The position numbers and the translations under genes are program-made. From Sphyrna mokarran (Eukaryota), in NCBI GenBank assembly GCA_024679065.1, contig JAGIQG010000018.1, forward strand, positions 27,528,001-27,592,000: DNA of 64,000 nucleotides, in the 5' to 3' direction. The notes beneath the pieces were generated by a model. It was not told the origin of the DNA. It worked only from the letters and a program-made list of their open reading frames with translations, and did not search any database. Below are positions 1-12,968 of this stretch, piece after piece. Every line of letters begins with the position of its first letter. Positions within the stretch are counted from its first letter, which is position 1.

Positions 1-632
1 TTTTGACCCAGTGATAGCGAAGGAACAGCAATATAGGATGGTGTGTTTCTTGTAGGGGAAGTTGTGGGTGGTGTTGTTCCCAGCAACTGCTGCCCTTTGT
101 CCTTCTAGGGGGGAGACATCATGGGGTTTACAATTCAGTTATGGGGGCTTTGACTGAATGATGCAGTGCACTTTATATATGGTAAACTGCTGCCACTGAA
201 TGTTGGTTGTGAGGGTGTAAATATTTGTGGATAAGAGGTACCAGTCTCATGAGCTGCTTTGTCCTGGATGGTCTCAAGCTTTTGAAGTGTTGTTAAAGCT
301 GTACTCATCTAGAATCTCCAGCCTCCCACTTGCTCTTGTAGCCACAGTATTTATATGGCGAGTCCAGTACAGTTTCTGGTCACTGGTAACCCTCAGGGTA
401 TAGATGCTGGGGAATCAGCATTGAGAAATGGTTGGATGTTGTCTTGTTGGAGATAGTAATTGCTTGGCACTTGTGTGACAGGAATGTTACTTGCCACTTG
501 TCTGCCTAAGCCTGGATATTGTCCAGGTCTTGCTGCATATGGGGACAGACTGACTGAGAAATCAGAATTGAACATTGTGTAATCGTCAGCGAACATCTCT
601 ACTTCTGACCTTACAATGGAGGGAAAGTCATC
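1..632 (-). mobile_element. CR1-group LINE 'family B', RT/3' fragment (degenerate)
   Basis: Minus ORF 393-596 begins MFADDYTMF (RT YADD-type motif); reverse-complement homologue of the plus-strand copy at 22050-23650. Confidence 0.8.
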
Positions 633-647
633 GATAGAGACGTGGAA

Positions 648-2270
648 TTATAGAGGTTTATAGCATGGAAATAGGGTCTTTGGCCCAACTTGTCCATGCT
701 GCCTTTTTTTTAAACCCCTAAGCTAGTTCCAATTGCCCGCATTTGGCCCATATCCCTCTATACACATCTTAAGCATGTAACTGTCTAAATGCTTTTTAAA
801 AGACAAAATTGTACCTGTCTCTACTTGTTCCAGACTCTCACCACTCTCTACGTGGAAAAAATTGCCCCTCTGGACACTTTTATATCTGTATCCTCTCACC
901 ATAAACATATCCCCTCTAACTTTAAACTCCCCTGCCTTTGGAAAAAAATATTGATTATATAGCTGATTTATGCCCCTCATTATTTTACAGACTTCTATAA
1001 GATCACCCCTCAGCCTCCTGCGCTCTGGAAAAAAAAAGTGCCATTCTACCCAGCCTCTCCTTATAACTCAAACCACGAAGTTCTGGTAGCATCCTAGTAA
1101 TTCTTTTCTGCACTCTTTCTAGTTTAATAATATTCTTTCTATGGTAGGGTGACCAGAACTGTACACAGTATTCCAAGCATGGCCTTACCAATGTCTTGTA
1201 CAATAAGATGTCCTAACTTCTGAATTCAGTGTTCTGACCAATGAAACCAAGGATGCTGAATGCCTTCTTTGCCACTCTGTCCACCTGTGACTCTACTTTC
1301 AAAGAGCTATAAATATGTACCCCTAGATCTCTTTGTTTTGTAACTCTGTCCAATGCTCTCCCATTACTGAGTAAGTCCTGCCCTGGTTCAATCTACCAAA
1401 ATGCCTCACTTTGCGTTTGTCTAAGTTAAACTCCATCTGCCATTTGTCAGTCTACTGGCCCAATTGATCAAAATCCCATTGCAATCCAAGATAACCTTCT
1501 TCACTGCCCACTATGCCACCAACCTTGTGTCATCTGCAAACTTACTAACCATGTCTCTTATATTCTCATCCAAATTATTAATATAAATGATGAATAACAG
1601 TGGACTCAGCACTGATCTCTGAGGCACACTGCTGGTCACAGACCTCCAGTTTGAAAACCAATTTTCTATGACCACCCTCTGGCTCCTGTTATCAAGCCAA
1701 TTTCGTATCCATTTAGTTACCTAACCCAGGATCCTGTAAGATTTATGCAACAACCTAGCCACCTTGTCAAAAGCTTTGTTCAAGTTCATGTGGACAATAT
1801 AACTGTACTGCCCTCAGATATCTTCTTGGTTACCTCTTCAAAAGACTCAATCAAATTTGTGCAACATGATTTTCCACTCACAAAGCCATGCTGACTGTCC
1901 TTAATCAGTCCTTGTGTCTCTAAATGACTATATATTCTATCCCTCAAATACCTTCCAATAGCTTACCCACCATAAATATGAGACTCAGCAGTCTGTAGTT
2001 CCCAAACTTTTTCTGCAGCCCTTTTTTAAACAAAGGCACAACATTTGCCACCCTCCAATCTTCAGGCACCTCACCTGTAGCTATTGATGTTTCACATATT
2101 CCTTCTAGGGACCTGCAATTTTCCCCTAGCCTCACACAATGTCCTGGGATATACTTCATCAGATCGTGGGGATTTATCTACCTTGATGTGCTTTAAGACT
2201 TAGAGCAGCTCCTTCTCTGTAATATGTACACTCCTGAAGATATCACAATTTATTTCCTCAAGTTCCCTAA
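648..2270 (-). mobile_element. CR1 (HER1-type) LINE, 5'-truncated, frameshifted ORF2
   Basis: ORF fragments EVPEDWRVANVVPLFKKG and YKTLVRPCLEYCVQFWSPY..LERVQKR; CR1 3' tail near 650-700. Confidence 0.92.
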
Positions 2271-2274
2271 CGTC

Positions 2275-3205
2275 ACGATAGAGCAGCTGAAGATCATTGG
2301 ACCGAGGACACTATCCCTGAGGAGCTCCTGTCATTATCATAGAATCCCGACAATACAAAAAGAGGCCATTCAACTCATACAACCTGCATTGACAACAATC
2401 CCATCCTATCCCTGTAGCCCATGTATTTATCCTGCAAATCCCCCTAATACTAACTTAATTAGTATTAGGGGGATTTGCAGGATATCCCTGCACATCTTTG
2501 GATTGTGGGAGGAACGCAAAGGAAACCCACACAAACACTAGGAGAACATGCAAACTCCGCACAGACAATAACCCGAGGCTGGAATCGAACCTGGTTCCCT
2601 GGTATTGAGAGGCAGCAGTGCTCTCCATTGTGCCATCAAGCCACCTGATATCCTGGGAATAAGAAGATTGACCACCAATAACTACAACTGTCTTCCTTTG
2701 TGATAGGTGTGACTCCAACCTCAGTGGAGATCTTCTTCTTAATTCTCACTGCCTTCAGCATTGCTAGGGTTTGTGATGCCACACTTGAGTAAAATGTTGC
2801 CGTGATATCAAGGGCAGTCAAGCTCACCTCCCCTCTTCAATCCAGTTGTTTTATTTTCATGTTTGAACCAAACCTGTGATCAGGTCAGGCGCTGAGTGGC
2901 CCTGGTGTCAATGAAACCATCTCAATGAGCAGTTTATTATTATGCAAGTGTTGCTGGTTTGTGCCATTGATAACATATTCCGTCATCTTGCTGATGATGG
3001 AAGGGGAGCCTGATAGGATGGTAACTGGCAGTGTTGGATTTGTGCTACTTCACGTGGACAGGGTTTGCCTGGTCATTTTCCCATATTGCTGATAGCAGTT
3101 TTGAAACTGTAGTGGAACAGCTTGTCTCGTGGCACCGCAAGTTCTGGAACTTATCTTCAACATTACAATCAAAATGTCGTTGGGGCCCATAGCCTTTGTA
3201 ATATC
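2275..3205 (-). mobile_element. CR1-group LINE family B fragment, interrupted by an HE1 SINE
   Basis: RT region (ALDITA-like motif in ORF 2636-2827) homologous to 22300-22700 on the other strand. Confidence 0.7.
2336..2645 (-). mobile_element. HE1-type V-SINE with internal perfect hairpin
   Basis: tRNA-like head with B box, V central domain, CR1-type tail; hairpin at 2428-2484. Confidence 0.9.
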
Positions 3206-4184
3206 AATTGGCTCTGTTAAAATCCGATGGAAGACTCCTTATTGTTTATTGCTTTTGCAGTTTTACTCTTGACCTTGTAAGATAATTACAGGTTACCTTT
3301 CCAGTGGAATAAATGCACATGTTTGAATTGCATTTGCATCAGAATTATTACCAGTTTCTCAATCAGGTGTCTTCTTACTTTACATTTAACAGTTTGACCT
3401 CCAACCTTAAAGTTAGATTCCTGAAACTGATAGTTGTATTGTAAAATGTGAGAATTATGAGCTAAATATCTGTAGCAAGACACGAAATTTGAACTAGATA
3501 TTCACAATAACAATAGTTCTCATTTGTCATATCAATTAAGATTTCAGTGACGATTAAACTCCTGTAAAGCATATTGCAACATTGAAAAGGTGAAGCAATT
3601 TGCATCTGTTGCCTAGGAACAAGCTTTGGGATCAGTGTCTGAGCACTTAATGACAGTTTCATCTCTTAACACATTAATTATACTTTCTTTCTCCCCCTCT
3701 GAACAAACAGAATCTGAGTTATGTAACAGCAATGCTACTAGGGTTTGGTAACACGCAGAGAAGAAATCCAAGCAAATGCATGATGTAAACCCAAATACTT
3801 CCTTCATTCCTTCTGCATATGCAAAAATAAGTTTTTTTTCTAAAAAAAAGATAAAGTACATCAGATGCTTTTACACTATTATTTAGATTATAATTTGTCT
3901 TTTTCAATTAATGGTATTAAATAGGTTCCAAGGGAAGAATGAGTACTTGAATGTGGACAACAGTTCAAAAAATGATAGCTATTACTCAACAAAGCAGCGT
4001 TCAATTATATACTTGGACATAAAATTTCAATGATTGGAATCTGAAGTTTAGGCAATGAATGCTCTATCAATTATTGACAGTGCTGAGTGTAAGGTAATTG
4101 GATGTCATGTATTTTCTGACAGACTATCAGGCATGCCTCCATTCCTCCCTCCAACTCCACTCTCACAGGCCCGTAAGACAATTA

Positions 4185-4445
4185 AAAAAACATCTGGAAT
4201 TAAGACTCTACTGATGACCATGAAACCATTGTCGATTGTCAGAAAAACTGTCTGGTTCCCGAATATCCCTTAGGGAAGGAAATCTGCCGTCCTTACCCAG
4301 TCTGGCCCATACGTGACTCCAGACTCACAGCAATGTGGTTGACTCTGAATTACCCTCTGAAATAGCCAAGCAAACCACTCAGTTCAAGGGCAACTAGGGA
4401 TGACCAGCCAGTGAAGCCCACGTCCCACGAATGAATGAAAGAAAA
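4185..4445 (+). mobile_element. SINE family B (5'-truncated); shares tail with LINE family B
   Basis: tctggaattaag..gatgaccatgaaaccattgtcgattgtc..cccacgaatgaatg; same sequence at 6800, 40150, 43815. Confidence 0.85.
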
Positions 4446-4949
4446 GGTATGCCAAGAATGTCGCTAAAATGACATGACAGGTACCAAACCAGAACAAGGA
4501 GAACGAACCCAGAGCTCTACTGAGTACACAGGGCCAAGCCACTCCACATGAAACCAAGGTGAACAAGCCACAATTAAAAATCAGAATAATTTAGTCAACC
4601 TTAAATTTCAAATAATCTCATTTTTCTGTTTTCTATTGTGAGTTACGTGCTTTTTCTATAAACTTAAAATATAAATTTCCTCACACTCTGCAAGGACAAT
4701 AGATTTTTTGTACATGTAAGGGCTCAGGAAGATTGGCTGAACAGGAACATGGTTTACCACAGAATACAAGGTAAAACCATTACTGTGGTATACACATACT
4801 AGTCTCTATTTGCGACTATAATTCAGCAGGCCCAGTCCTGGGCCTACCTTTAAAAAAAAAGGCTTTGGTAATAAGCTCAAACTGGGCAGGCCACAATCGT
4901 TTCTGATTTGGAAGGGTACCAGGAGGGTCACCAAATTTTCTACGTGTTT

Positions 4950-6060
4950 TCCAGAGTAATTTATGAAGATTCTTTGGGAGTCTGGCATCAGACTGCCATA
5001 TGTCAGCAGTCTTGGCTGACTGATAAGCAACAATAAAGTCATGGAGGTGGGTGTGAACATGAATGCTGTTATCCTGAGAGAGGATGTGGCAGGTTTGCTC
5101 TCTGTGGTGCAGCAGCTATTCCCCTGGGGCAGCACTTCAGCAATCCTAGCGATGCCATTGGAAGGCAAGGTGTTGGAGTGCTGTGACAGCCTGAGCGTCC
5201 CTTTGAGTTTTGGCATCTGCAGCTTTCATAGCAGCAATCTGGGCCTGCGTGGACTGTGTGACCTGAGTCTGAGCTTCCGTCTCGACACTGAGACATCAGC
5301 TGGCTTCTGCCAGCACTACAGTGCAAGCTGAGATGTCAGTCACCAGATACTGAATCATGGCCGGATGCATAAACGCTATCATGGAATTAACTCTCACTTT
5401 CCCACTGTAATGGAAAAGTTCCAAATTGGAGCTGGACTCCTCCGTGCTCGTTGACGACAGGCTTTCAGCTGCAGGGTCTGGCAGTGCAGTAAGCATCTCA
5501 GTGTGTGTGCCCCTCAGAATCCTCCTGCATGGCAACTCATTCTGAGTCCTTACAGCACAATTTGTCACTCTTCGATGTATTGGCCACATTTCTCCCTGGC
5601 CTGGTTGCAGTCTGCTCTTGGGGATTCGCCATTTACCGATCCTTAACCTATACAACCTTCTAACATCAATGCAGTGTCTTGAGCTAGTGACTGCAGTTGC
5701 TCCTTTATTAGCACACTGCTGTTGTTTTACTCCTCATGGTGAGGCTGCACTGGCTGGCCACACAGCAAATCCTGGGATCTGGAAGCAGGAAAATAGAAAA
5801 GGGACAGTTGGGATGAGGGAAGAGGGGATTGAAAGCAAGAAATCCATGGGGACGTAATCTGCCGATGTCATTTGAAGGTGCATTCAATGACCTTAGCCAC
5901 ACGTGTGATATCATTGAACTCTTTCCAGCATTATAACCAGCTCCATGCCCTCTTCCTTCTATTCCCCTTTTAGAGGGTGTTTCTTGAGGGTATCCTGTGG
6001 ATGCATCACCTTTCCTCCCCTCAGCCACTATCACTCAGCCTCACTGAGCTCCATCACCTA
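4950..6060 (-). mobile_element. Decayed PIF/Harbinger Myb/SANT-like gene remnant
   Basis: Minus strand near 5890-5935 reads CWKEFNDITRVAK then GT, matching the QCRKKFNDL end of the Harbinger Myb-like domain. Confidence 0.5.
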
Positions 6061-6419
6061 GTTCCCAAGCAGAGAAGCTGAGAGCGTCTCTCTCTGGTCT
6101 GCTGTTAGATTTATAATCTCTTTACTTCTCTCAGGGGTTTTACCAAATCGCAGCAGCTGCTGCAGCTTGAACGCACTTCCCCAAATGGACAGGTTGCCTT
6201 TCAGACTAGATTATGTCCTGCTAGCCGCACACAAGTCTGGGTGCCCTGATGGGCATGGAGTTTGTCAACAGCATGTTTCATACTGGTCCGAATGTTGCAG
6301 ACATAATGATGGACAATATTGCTGTCTGCCTTGGATTGAATGGGCACGGGGTAATCACGTATCATGATCTGTGCATGGGAAAACAGGCCAAATTCAACCT
6401 TTAACCCATTGTATCTTTA

Positions 6420-6740
6420 CATTCTTTTGCAGTAAATTATTTTTGAGGAGTTGTCAGTATTGTTAGAGTGAAAAATGGCAGCTGATTTGCACACAACATG
6501 GATCACACAAATATCAAATAACTAGTTAATATGTTTTGGTGAAGTTGATTGCAGCATTTGAGAAGAGCTTCCTTTCAACATTGACTTGGGATTTTATACA
6601 TTCCCACATCTCCACTTGGGTAGCGTTTGGGTAATGCAACACTTCGTTGATTCAGCAGTTAAGACTTAGTGTGGGATCTCAGCTGATTCCAAGACAAGAG
6701 GTGGATCTGAGAGCAACGTTGAAAAACAGTGTGTTGGGTT
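6420..6740 (-). mobile_element. Old DeuSINE (SacSINE1-like) remnant
   Basis: ggcagctgatttgcacacaac..cacaaa..gttttggtgaagttgattg resembles the recalled minus-strand SacSINE1 consensus; matching 3' tail fragment on + at 7635-7735. Confidence 0.45.
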
Positions 6741-6794
6741 AGCTATCTGAGCTGTTCCCACATTGGTGGCATTGTTGGGATGAAAATGGGATGG

Positions 6795-7192
6795 TAGCAT
6801 ACTGAGAATGTCTGAACTAATAATCCAAAGGTCTCAGGTGACTATTCTGGGGTTGGGGGCATGTGTTCAAATCCCAGCAGCTGGTGGAGTTTCCATTTGG
6901 TTCATAAATGTGGAATTGTAAGCTAGTCTCAGTGATGGTGACCATGAAACTATCATCAATTGTCACAAAAGAAAACCACATCTGGTTCACTAATGTTCCT
7001 TTCGGGAAGGAAATCTGTCATCCTTACCCAGTCTAGCTTGCATGTAATCCAGATCCACAGCAATGTAGTTGACTCTAAATTGATCCCTGAAATGGCTATG
7101 CAAGTCACCTCCATTCAGTGGGCAGAATGGGATGGGCAACAAATACTGGCCTTATCAGTGACACCACATCTCACAAAAGAATAAGAAAAAAT
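6795..7192 (+). mobile_element. SINE family B
   Basis: Head with gttcaaatccc B-box-like motif; body and tail shared with the other family-B copies. Confidence 0.85.
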
Positions 7193-7759
7193 GTGTTTGT
7201 TGATAATGAGTGGTGAATCCATGATAATATTTCTATACCTGGAAGGAAAATTGAAATTTTAGTCCATAGTATGTGACATAAAGTGGCAAATAAAGAGTTC
7301 AAAATAAATCCCAACAGTGGGGGGAAGGGGACATATGTTAAAAACTAGCAATGAACAAATTGGGCTGATTGTGAGGAAGTCCTTCACACAAGGAATGAAT
7401 AATAGATTTTGAGGCAACATTGTAGAGTGGGGATTCTGGAGTCATTTATGAAACAGCATGACGTGATGGTAAAGAACACAAGATTTATTTCTGGATGAAT
7501 GTGTCAAATAGTCTTCCTCTTTGGTGTGTTATTTTCTGTATTTAAAGCATTTAAAAGTCGGTGTGTTATTTCAATGACGTACATTATGGGAACCATTTCT
7601 TACCTTGTATATCTGCTGTTGCTTATTTGATAACAGGGATTACACTTCAAAGTACTTCACTGTATATGAAATAGGGATGTTTCTGAGAATTGCAAAAAAA
7701 AAGAAGCACCATATAAATTCAAGCCTGTTTCTATTTATAGTCAATGGTGGAAACTTGAT

Positions 7760-8310
7760 ATACACAGCATAACAGAGTCTAACATTGCCACTGATGTAGA
7801 GTTGAGAAATAATGACCTCTTCCCCTTCAATAACTCTGATGCGCTTTATCCTGGGAATTACGGCATTAATACAGTGATGTTGCTTCAGTTAGATTGAAAA
7901 GCAAATTAAGCGGTTGGCTGTATAATTGAATGCTGTCACTGGCAGGCCATAGCAGGTCTTCTATTCACAAACCTAACGACATGGTTCATTAAATAAATAC
8001 AATGTAGGAAGCATTGTTGGAAATTGCACCCTTGTAAAATAACCTTTGTATTCTGCAATGTTTTGTTGAAGTACAGCTGTCAGTGTAACACATCACGAAA
8101 TGCATTGAACTTTTTAGTGTTTCTTTTCCATTGGCCTGTGCATGTAGCTGTGAAGCTTTTTCAATCATGTTAGAAAATCATTCTGACATAGCCCTGCATC
8201 CCTGATAAAAACCTAAAGTCTTTCTAGTGTCCAGCAATGTAAGCGGAGAAAAGAGCTGTCCCACACCGTCAGTTTATGGTAGGCTATAAGCCTGTCTACC
8301 AACATTCTCG
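7760..8310. promoter_or_regulatory. Candidate conserved non-coding element/enhancer
   Basis: Repeat-free block with TAAT/ATTA, TGTCA and TTTATGG (8273-8279) motifs; conservation not tested. Confidence 0.3.
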
Positions 8311-8321
8311 TTATTATCCTA

Positions 8322-8635
8322 GATCATAGAGTCCTACAAAGTAGAAGGAGGCCATCTGGCCCATCGAGTTTGCACCGACCACAATATCACTCAGGTCCTA
8401 TCCCATAACCCCATACACTTACCCTAGCCAGTCCCCCAGCACTAATTTTAGCATGGCTAATCAACCTAACCTGCACATCTTTGGACTGTGGGAGGAAACC
8501 AGAGCACCCAGGGGAAACCCACACAAACACGGGGAGAATGTGCAGATTCCACAGAGACAGTGACCGAAGCCAGGAATTGAACGCAGGTCGCTGACACTGT
8601 GAAGCAGCAGTGCTAAGTACTATGCCACTGTGTCA
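8322..8635 (-). mobile_element. HE1-type V-SINE
   Basis: Full head, V domain and CR1-type tail. Confidence 0.92.
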
Positions 8636-9082
8636 CTCAAGTTCATGTTTAAAAAAATGTTAACCAGATGTCCCTCTTGCCTGCTGCCCTTACGCATTAA
8701 CTTCAAGCTTTTTTTGGTATTTTAATTGATGAATTCAGCCAAACTGCTGAAAAAATAGCATTTTCTGTAGATTTTCCACAAGTATCTATGACGTATCCCA
8801 AGAAATGGTCATCCAAAGGTGGTAGTTGTCAAGTTATGAAGAATTTACCAAACTATTAATTTACTGGAAGTGAGTGCATTGTTTCCCAGAGAATCTACTG
8901 CAGTTTGGTAGCCAATATATCCAGGCTGATACATCCAATATTGGACATTGATAACTATATTTTGTTTTAGTGAGAATAGATTGCAAACATTTTCAAAAGT
9001 TTATGATCAGGAAGGTGGTGCAGTTTTATTGTTCAATTGTGAGTTTTCTAAATGACCAATTTGTACTCAGAGCTATCTACTG

Positions 9083-11000
9083 AGGGCAAAAAAAAGTGGT
9101 GTTTGAAATCCATGCCCTCGCCTTTTACTTGTTTTTCTCATGAGTTCTAGAAAATTCGTGCTGGCAGAGGCATCAGATTCCTGGATCACAAAATCAGAGG
9201 CAGACACATAGAAACCTACATTGGTTTTTACTTGTCGACAAAGAAACTTGGGAGAGAAATGAGCTTTATAGTGTGCCACGAAGCTCGCTGAGTGCATGAG
9301 AATAGAGTCAGAGATATGTATGCACAATTCCGATAGGAGGTGCACGAGACAATTTCTTGGTGAAGTGATTTGAGTACTCGCACCTAATATTTGCTTGCCA
9401 GCATTTCGAGCAGGCTAATAATGACATCAAGCAGTCTGCAACACTGTTTAGATTCCTGTGCGACATTATCAAAAACTCTGCTGCAACTTATACCCTACCA
9501 TTACTTTGGACAATTACATATACATTAAAAATGAATGACCCTCCACCAAAGCTATTTAAGTTACTTATAGGTTAGTTGCTGGACTGTTTATTCCATTGGT
9601 GCAATTGCAGTCATTTTTGAGCTTTCCCATACTCTTGTATGGTTTGAGTAGTCCTCAGGATATTGTCTGGCTGGTGGTGAAACACTGTTTTGCTCACTTA
9701 AGAGTTGGCGCTGAAGCAGGTTGCTTCCGGATATGGGTCATTTGGCTGACCTACCTCTGGGACTGGAATTTGACATTGAGAATGAAAGGAGGTCACACAG
9801 AACAAGACAAACTGCTCGAAGAGGGAGGAGGGAGGGGGAGAAGAGGATGGAGGCCAAATCTGCTGAGAATCTCTGGGGAAAAACTTCCTGAGCTCAGCTT
9901 CACTGAGATTAGGGCAAGGGATAGAATTGCCTGTAGTTGTCAGTGCAAATATGGCTTTTAACCTTTATTCACCTGGCTTCTTCCAGACTGCTGCTGGACA
10001 CACGTACAATGTTTTGCACTCTGACAAAATGGCATCTGTGCTTTGGTTCCTTAGCTCTGCATTCTTGTGACTATCGTCTCACCATCCCTCCCCTATCCTA
10101 GTCCCTAATTCATGCACACTGTCGGTCTTTAAGCTGGTGACTGAGAATAAGTAGAGTGACTGTATCTCTATCTTCACTGCCTTTGTTTTTTGCCTTCTGA
10201 CTAGGGTTCTCCTAGGTTTTGGGTATCTGAAATTATCAAATAACAAAGGTGGTCTTAGTAACGATGGAGGAGAAAGTAAGTAGTGCAATGCTTACATCAT
10301 GTTCAGAGTCAGAAAAGATTGTGAGATGAAGGAGAAGTGGATTGTGAGGAGGAGGGTTAGGTGTTCAGATACCCTCATTATCAATCCTTGCAGCCCCGCT
10401 AGTAACCATGGTCTCCATGATGCCCTTTCTCATGACGGTCGGTAATATCTTCTCTGCGGTGGTTAAAAATGCAGGTAGCCATGTTCTCTTCCTGTTCTTT
10501 CCTACTGCTTATGCACCACCTTCTCCTGCAGGAGAGAGGGAAATGTGTTGGTGAATGACCTGAAGTATTTTCAGATGATGTGAGTGTGATGGCTGAACAG
10601 CTGCTAGTGAGAGCAGGCTGTGATCTATCTGTGCAAGGTTTGCATGCATGGGAGAATGAAGTAACACATATGAATACTAAGATTGGTTTTGAATAATAGA
10701 TATTTTAAGAGATGGGTGCTGAAGGTACAGATAATTGACCAGCGGATGAGATTACTGGTGCAGTTGGCAGGATATGCCATTTGAAGATGAACTCGCTTTC
10801 CTTGGCAACTTCGATCACTAAATTTCACCCAGCATTGCATCCATATTGTTGTAGCAACATTCCTGTCTTTGCTGGTGGTCAGCCTTGTCTATAAACTGTA
10901 CGTGACTGAGAGGATGGTGGGAGGCCATGAATATGAAGTACGTGATCAAGTAAATTCATTAATTTCCTTTCAGGAACAATCCGAATAGATCTGCACTTAA
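9083..11000. mobile_element. Decayed PIF/Harbinger DNA transposon (transposase on +, Myb-like on -)
   Basis: About 9955-10010 (+) resembles the ALNFFATGSFQ..GD motif (reads NLYSPGFFQTAAGH); minus ORF 10625-10840 starts MQCWVKFSD (cf. QCRKKFND); convergent two-gene layout. Confidence 0.55.
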
Positions 11001-11220
11001 TAAAAATGTCTACTTTTCCTGAAATAGTCATGCAAGAACCTATGAGATATTAACCAGTTTGTAAAGATCATGTAGCTTTTTCTTCAAGATTTTGGCCCTT
11101 CTCTATTTGCACCTGAGAAGGTGGTAGTGAACTACTATCTTGAAGTATGGCAGTCTGTATGGCACAAGCACAATGACACACTGGGGAGATTAGTATGAAC
11201 TTTGAATTTATATGGCTCAT

Positions 11221-11530
11221 TGGTGGCACAGTGGTTAGCATTCCTGCCTTACAGCGCCAGGGACCCGCATTCAATTCAGGCCTTGGGTCACTGTTTGTAT
11301 GGAGTTTGCACATTCTCCTCATTTCTTGTGGGTTTCTTCCGGATGTTCTGGTTTCCTCCCACTGTTTGAATGGTGAGGTTGATTGGCCATGCTAAAATTG
11401 CCCTGAGTGCCAGGGGGATTAGCAGGGTAAATATGTGGGGTTACAGGAAAAGGGCATAGGTGGGATTGTGGTCGGTGCAGACTCGGTGAGCCAAATAGTC
11501 TCTTTCTGTATTGTAGAGGGTCCATGATTC
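11221..11530 (+). mobile_element. HE1-type V-SINE
   Basis: ggtggcacagtggttagca..V domain..CR1-type tail. Confidence 0.92.
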
Positions 11531-11629
11531 GATGAAAGTATGAACTGGCAGCTTTGTATATTTGCAGAATCACAGAATTGTTACAGTGCAGAAGGAGGCC
11601 ATTTGGCCAGTGATCTCTGCATCCATTTT

Positions 11630-12713
11630 TGGTAGGTGGGAAAGCTGGTGTCACCAAATGGCTTTCACACGGAAGGATTTCCTGTTCCCACTGTGCCCTT
11701 CCCATCCCTAGAGAATGACATGATGTGGTTCCCCCTTCCCCCAAGAAAGGACAGCAAGCCTCTTCCCATACATTTTAATATGAGTTGTAGGATTTGCAGT
11801 TGTAACATACCATCCATATTAGTGAGGTTTACAGCAGTCTATACCAATAGAGAACCTGGTGAAGAGAACCTACCAGGCTCAGAGTACAGTAATAAGTACA
11901 TTTTTTGGGGCGAGAGGGACATACCCTGGTAGTAGCCTGGCACTGCCCCAAGCTCACTCCCTGGCACTGCCCACTAGCAATGGTCAGGCATTGCCTCCAG
12001 TAGTGCCCCCAGCAATGCTCCAGGGCATTGAGGAGGCACAGTCAGTTAGTGCCAGGGGATAGTGTTGGGCTCCTATTGGGGAGTTCTATGTGAGGGGGGA
12101 ATCCCTGTTTTCGATCTGTGGAGGGAGATGCCCCCTGTATCAGGGGGTGAGGAGGGAGATTGCCTATATGGTCACACAGTCAAGTTTGCATGCGCCCCAC
12201 CCCCCATGTCTGCGTGAGCTTCTCCCGGGCACTCCATTCTCTTACCACAATCCGCAGATGTGCAGGTTAGGTGGATTGACCATGCTAAATTGGCCTGTAG
12301 TATCCCAAGATGTGTAGGTTTGGATGATTAGTGGGGTAAATGTGTGGGGTGATGGGGATAGGGACAGGATGGGATGCTCTTTTGGAGAGTTGGTGCTGAA
12401 TGGCCTCCTTCTGCATGTAGGTATTCAATGATGTGTAGTTGTGATGGAGAGTGGGGGTTTCCATGTACAGAGGGAAAGGGTTGTCTGCATATCCGTGGTG
12501 TGGATCCTTGTTTTATTTTTAGATTGGGGTTGTCTTTTTTAAAGGGTGCCCCAATCTTGTCTGGAAGGCTGGTATTAGTGACAGGTTGGCTCATCACGGG
12601 ACCCACCTCCAGTATTCTTTTTAACTAAGTTTTAAGAAATCTGGTGGCAAAGACTTGCAGTAATACTGATGGGTAGCACATTACTTATTCTGTCTGAGTA
12701 GAAAATTCTGCCC
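11630..12713. mobile_element. Non-autonomous Harbinger-like remnant containing a partial HE1 SINE (12195-12430)
   Basis: ggcactgccc repeats at 11940-12055; ends in gaaaattctgccc, the reverse complement of the gggcagaattttc terminus seen at 54057 and (near-identical) 24704. Confidence 0.4.
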
Positions 12714-12769
12714 ATTGTGCCTCTACTGGCTGTCCAAATGAGCATTATGACTGAATGCCATTCCTCTTT

Positions 12770-12968
12770 TTCTCCCAATCAACCCCTCATGATTTTAAAC
12801 ATCTCTATCAAATATCCTCATGGCCTCCTTTCCTTCAAGAACAGTGCTGACCTCTCCAATCTATCCTCATAACTGAAGTTTTGCATCTTGTAAACCTTTT
12901 CTGCACCCGCTGTCCAGTGCTTTCACATCCTTCCTATTGAGTGGCACCCAGAACTGTACACAATACTC
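12770..12968 (-). mobile_element. CR1 LINE fragment
   Basis: cccagaactgtacacaatactc (EYCVQFW on minus). Confidence 0.75.

Noticed and set aside
4806-5655. Cluster of 96-136 aa ORFs as a host gene
   Set aside because: Overlapping frames on both strands in a GC-richer decayed Harbinger remnant; no coherent protein.
11221-11290. tRNA genes at SINE heads (also 16652, 37267, 53260 and others)
   Set aside because: A/B boxes run directly into the V domain; these are tRNA-derived SINE heads, not tRNA cloverleafs.
11940-12055. CRISPR-like or regular repeat array (ggcactgccc units)
   Set aside because: Irregular, degenerate units inside a non-autonomous transposon remnant; eukaryotic context and no cas genes.
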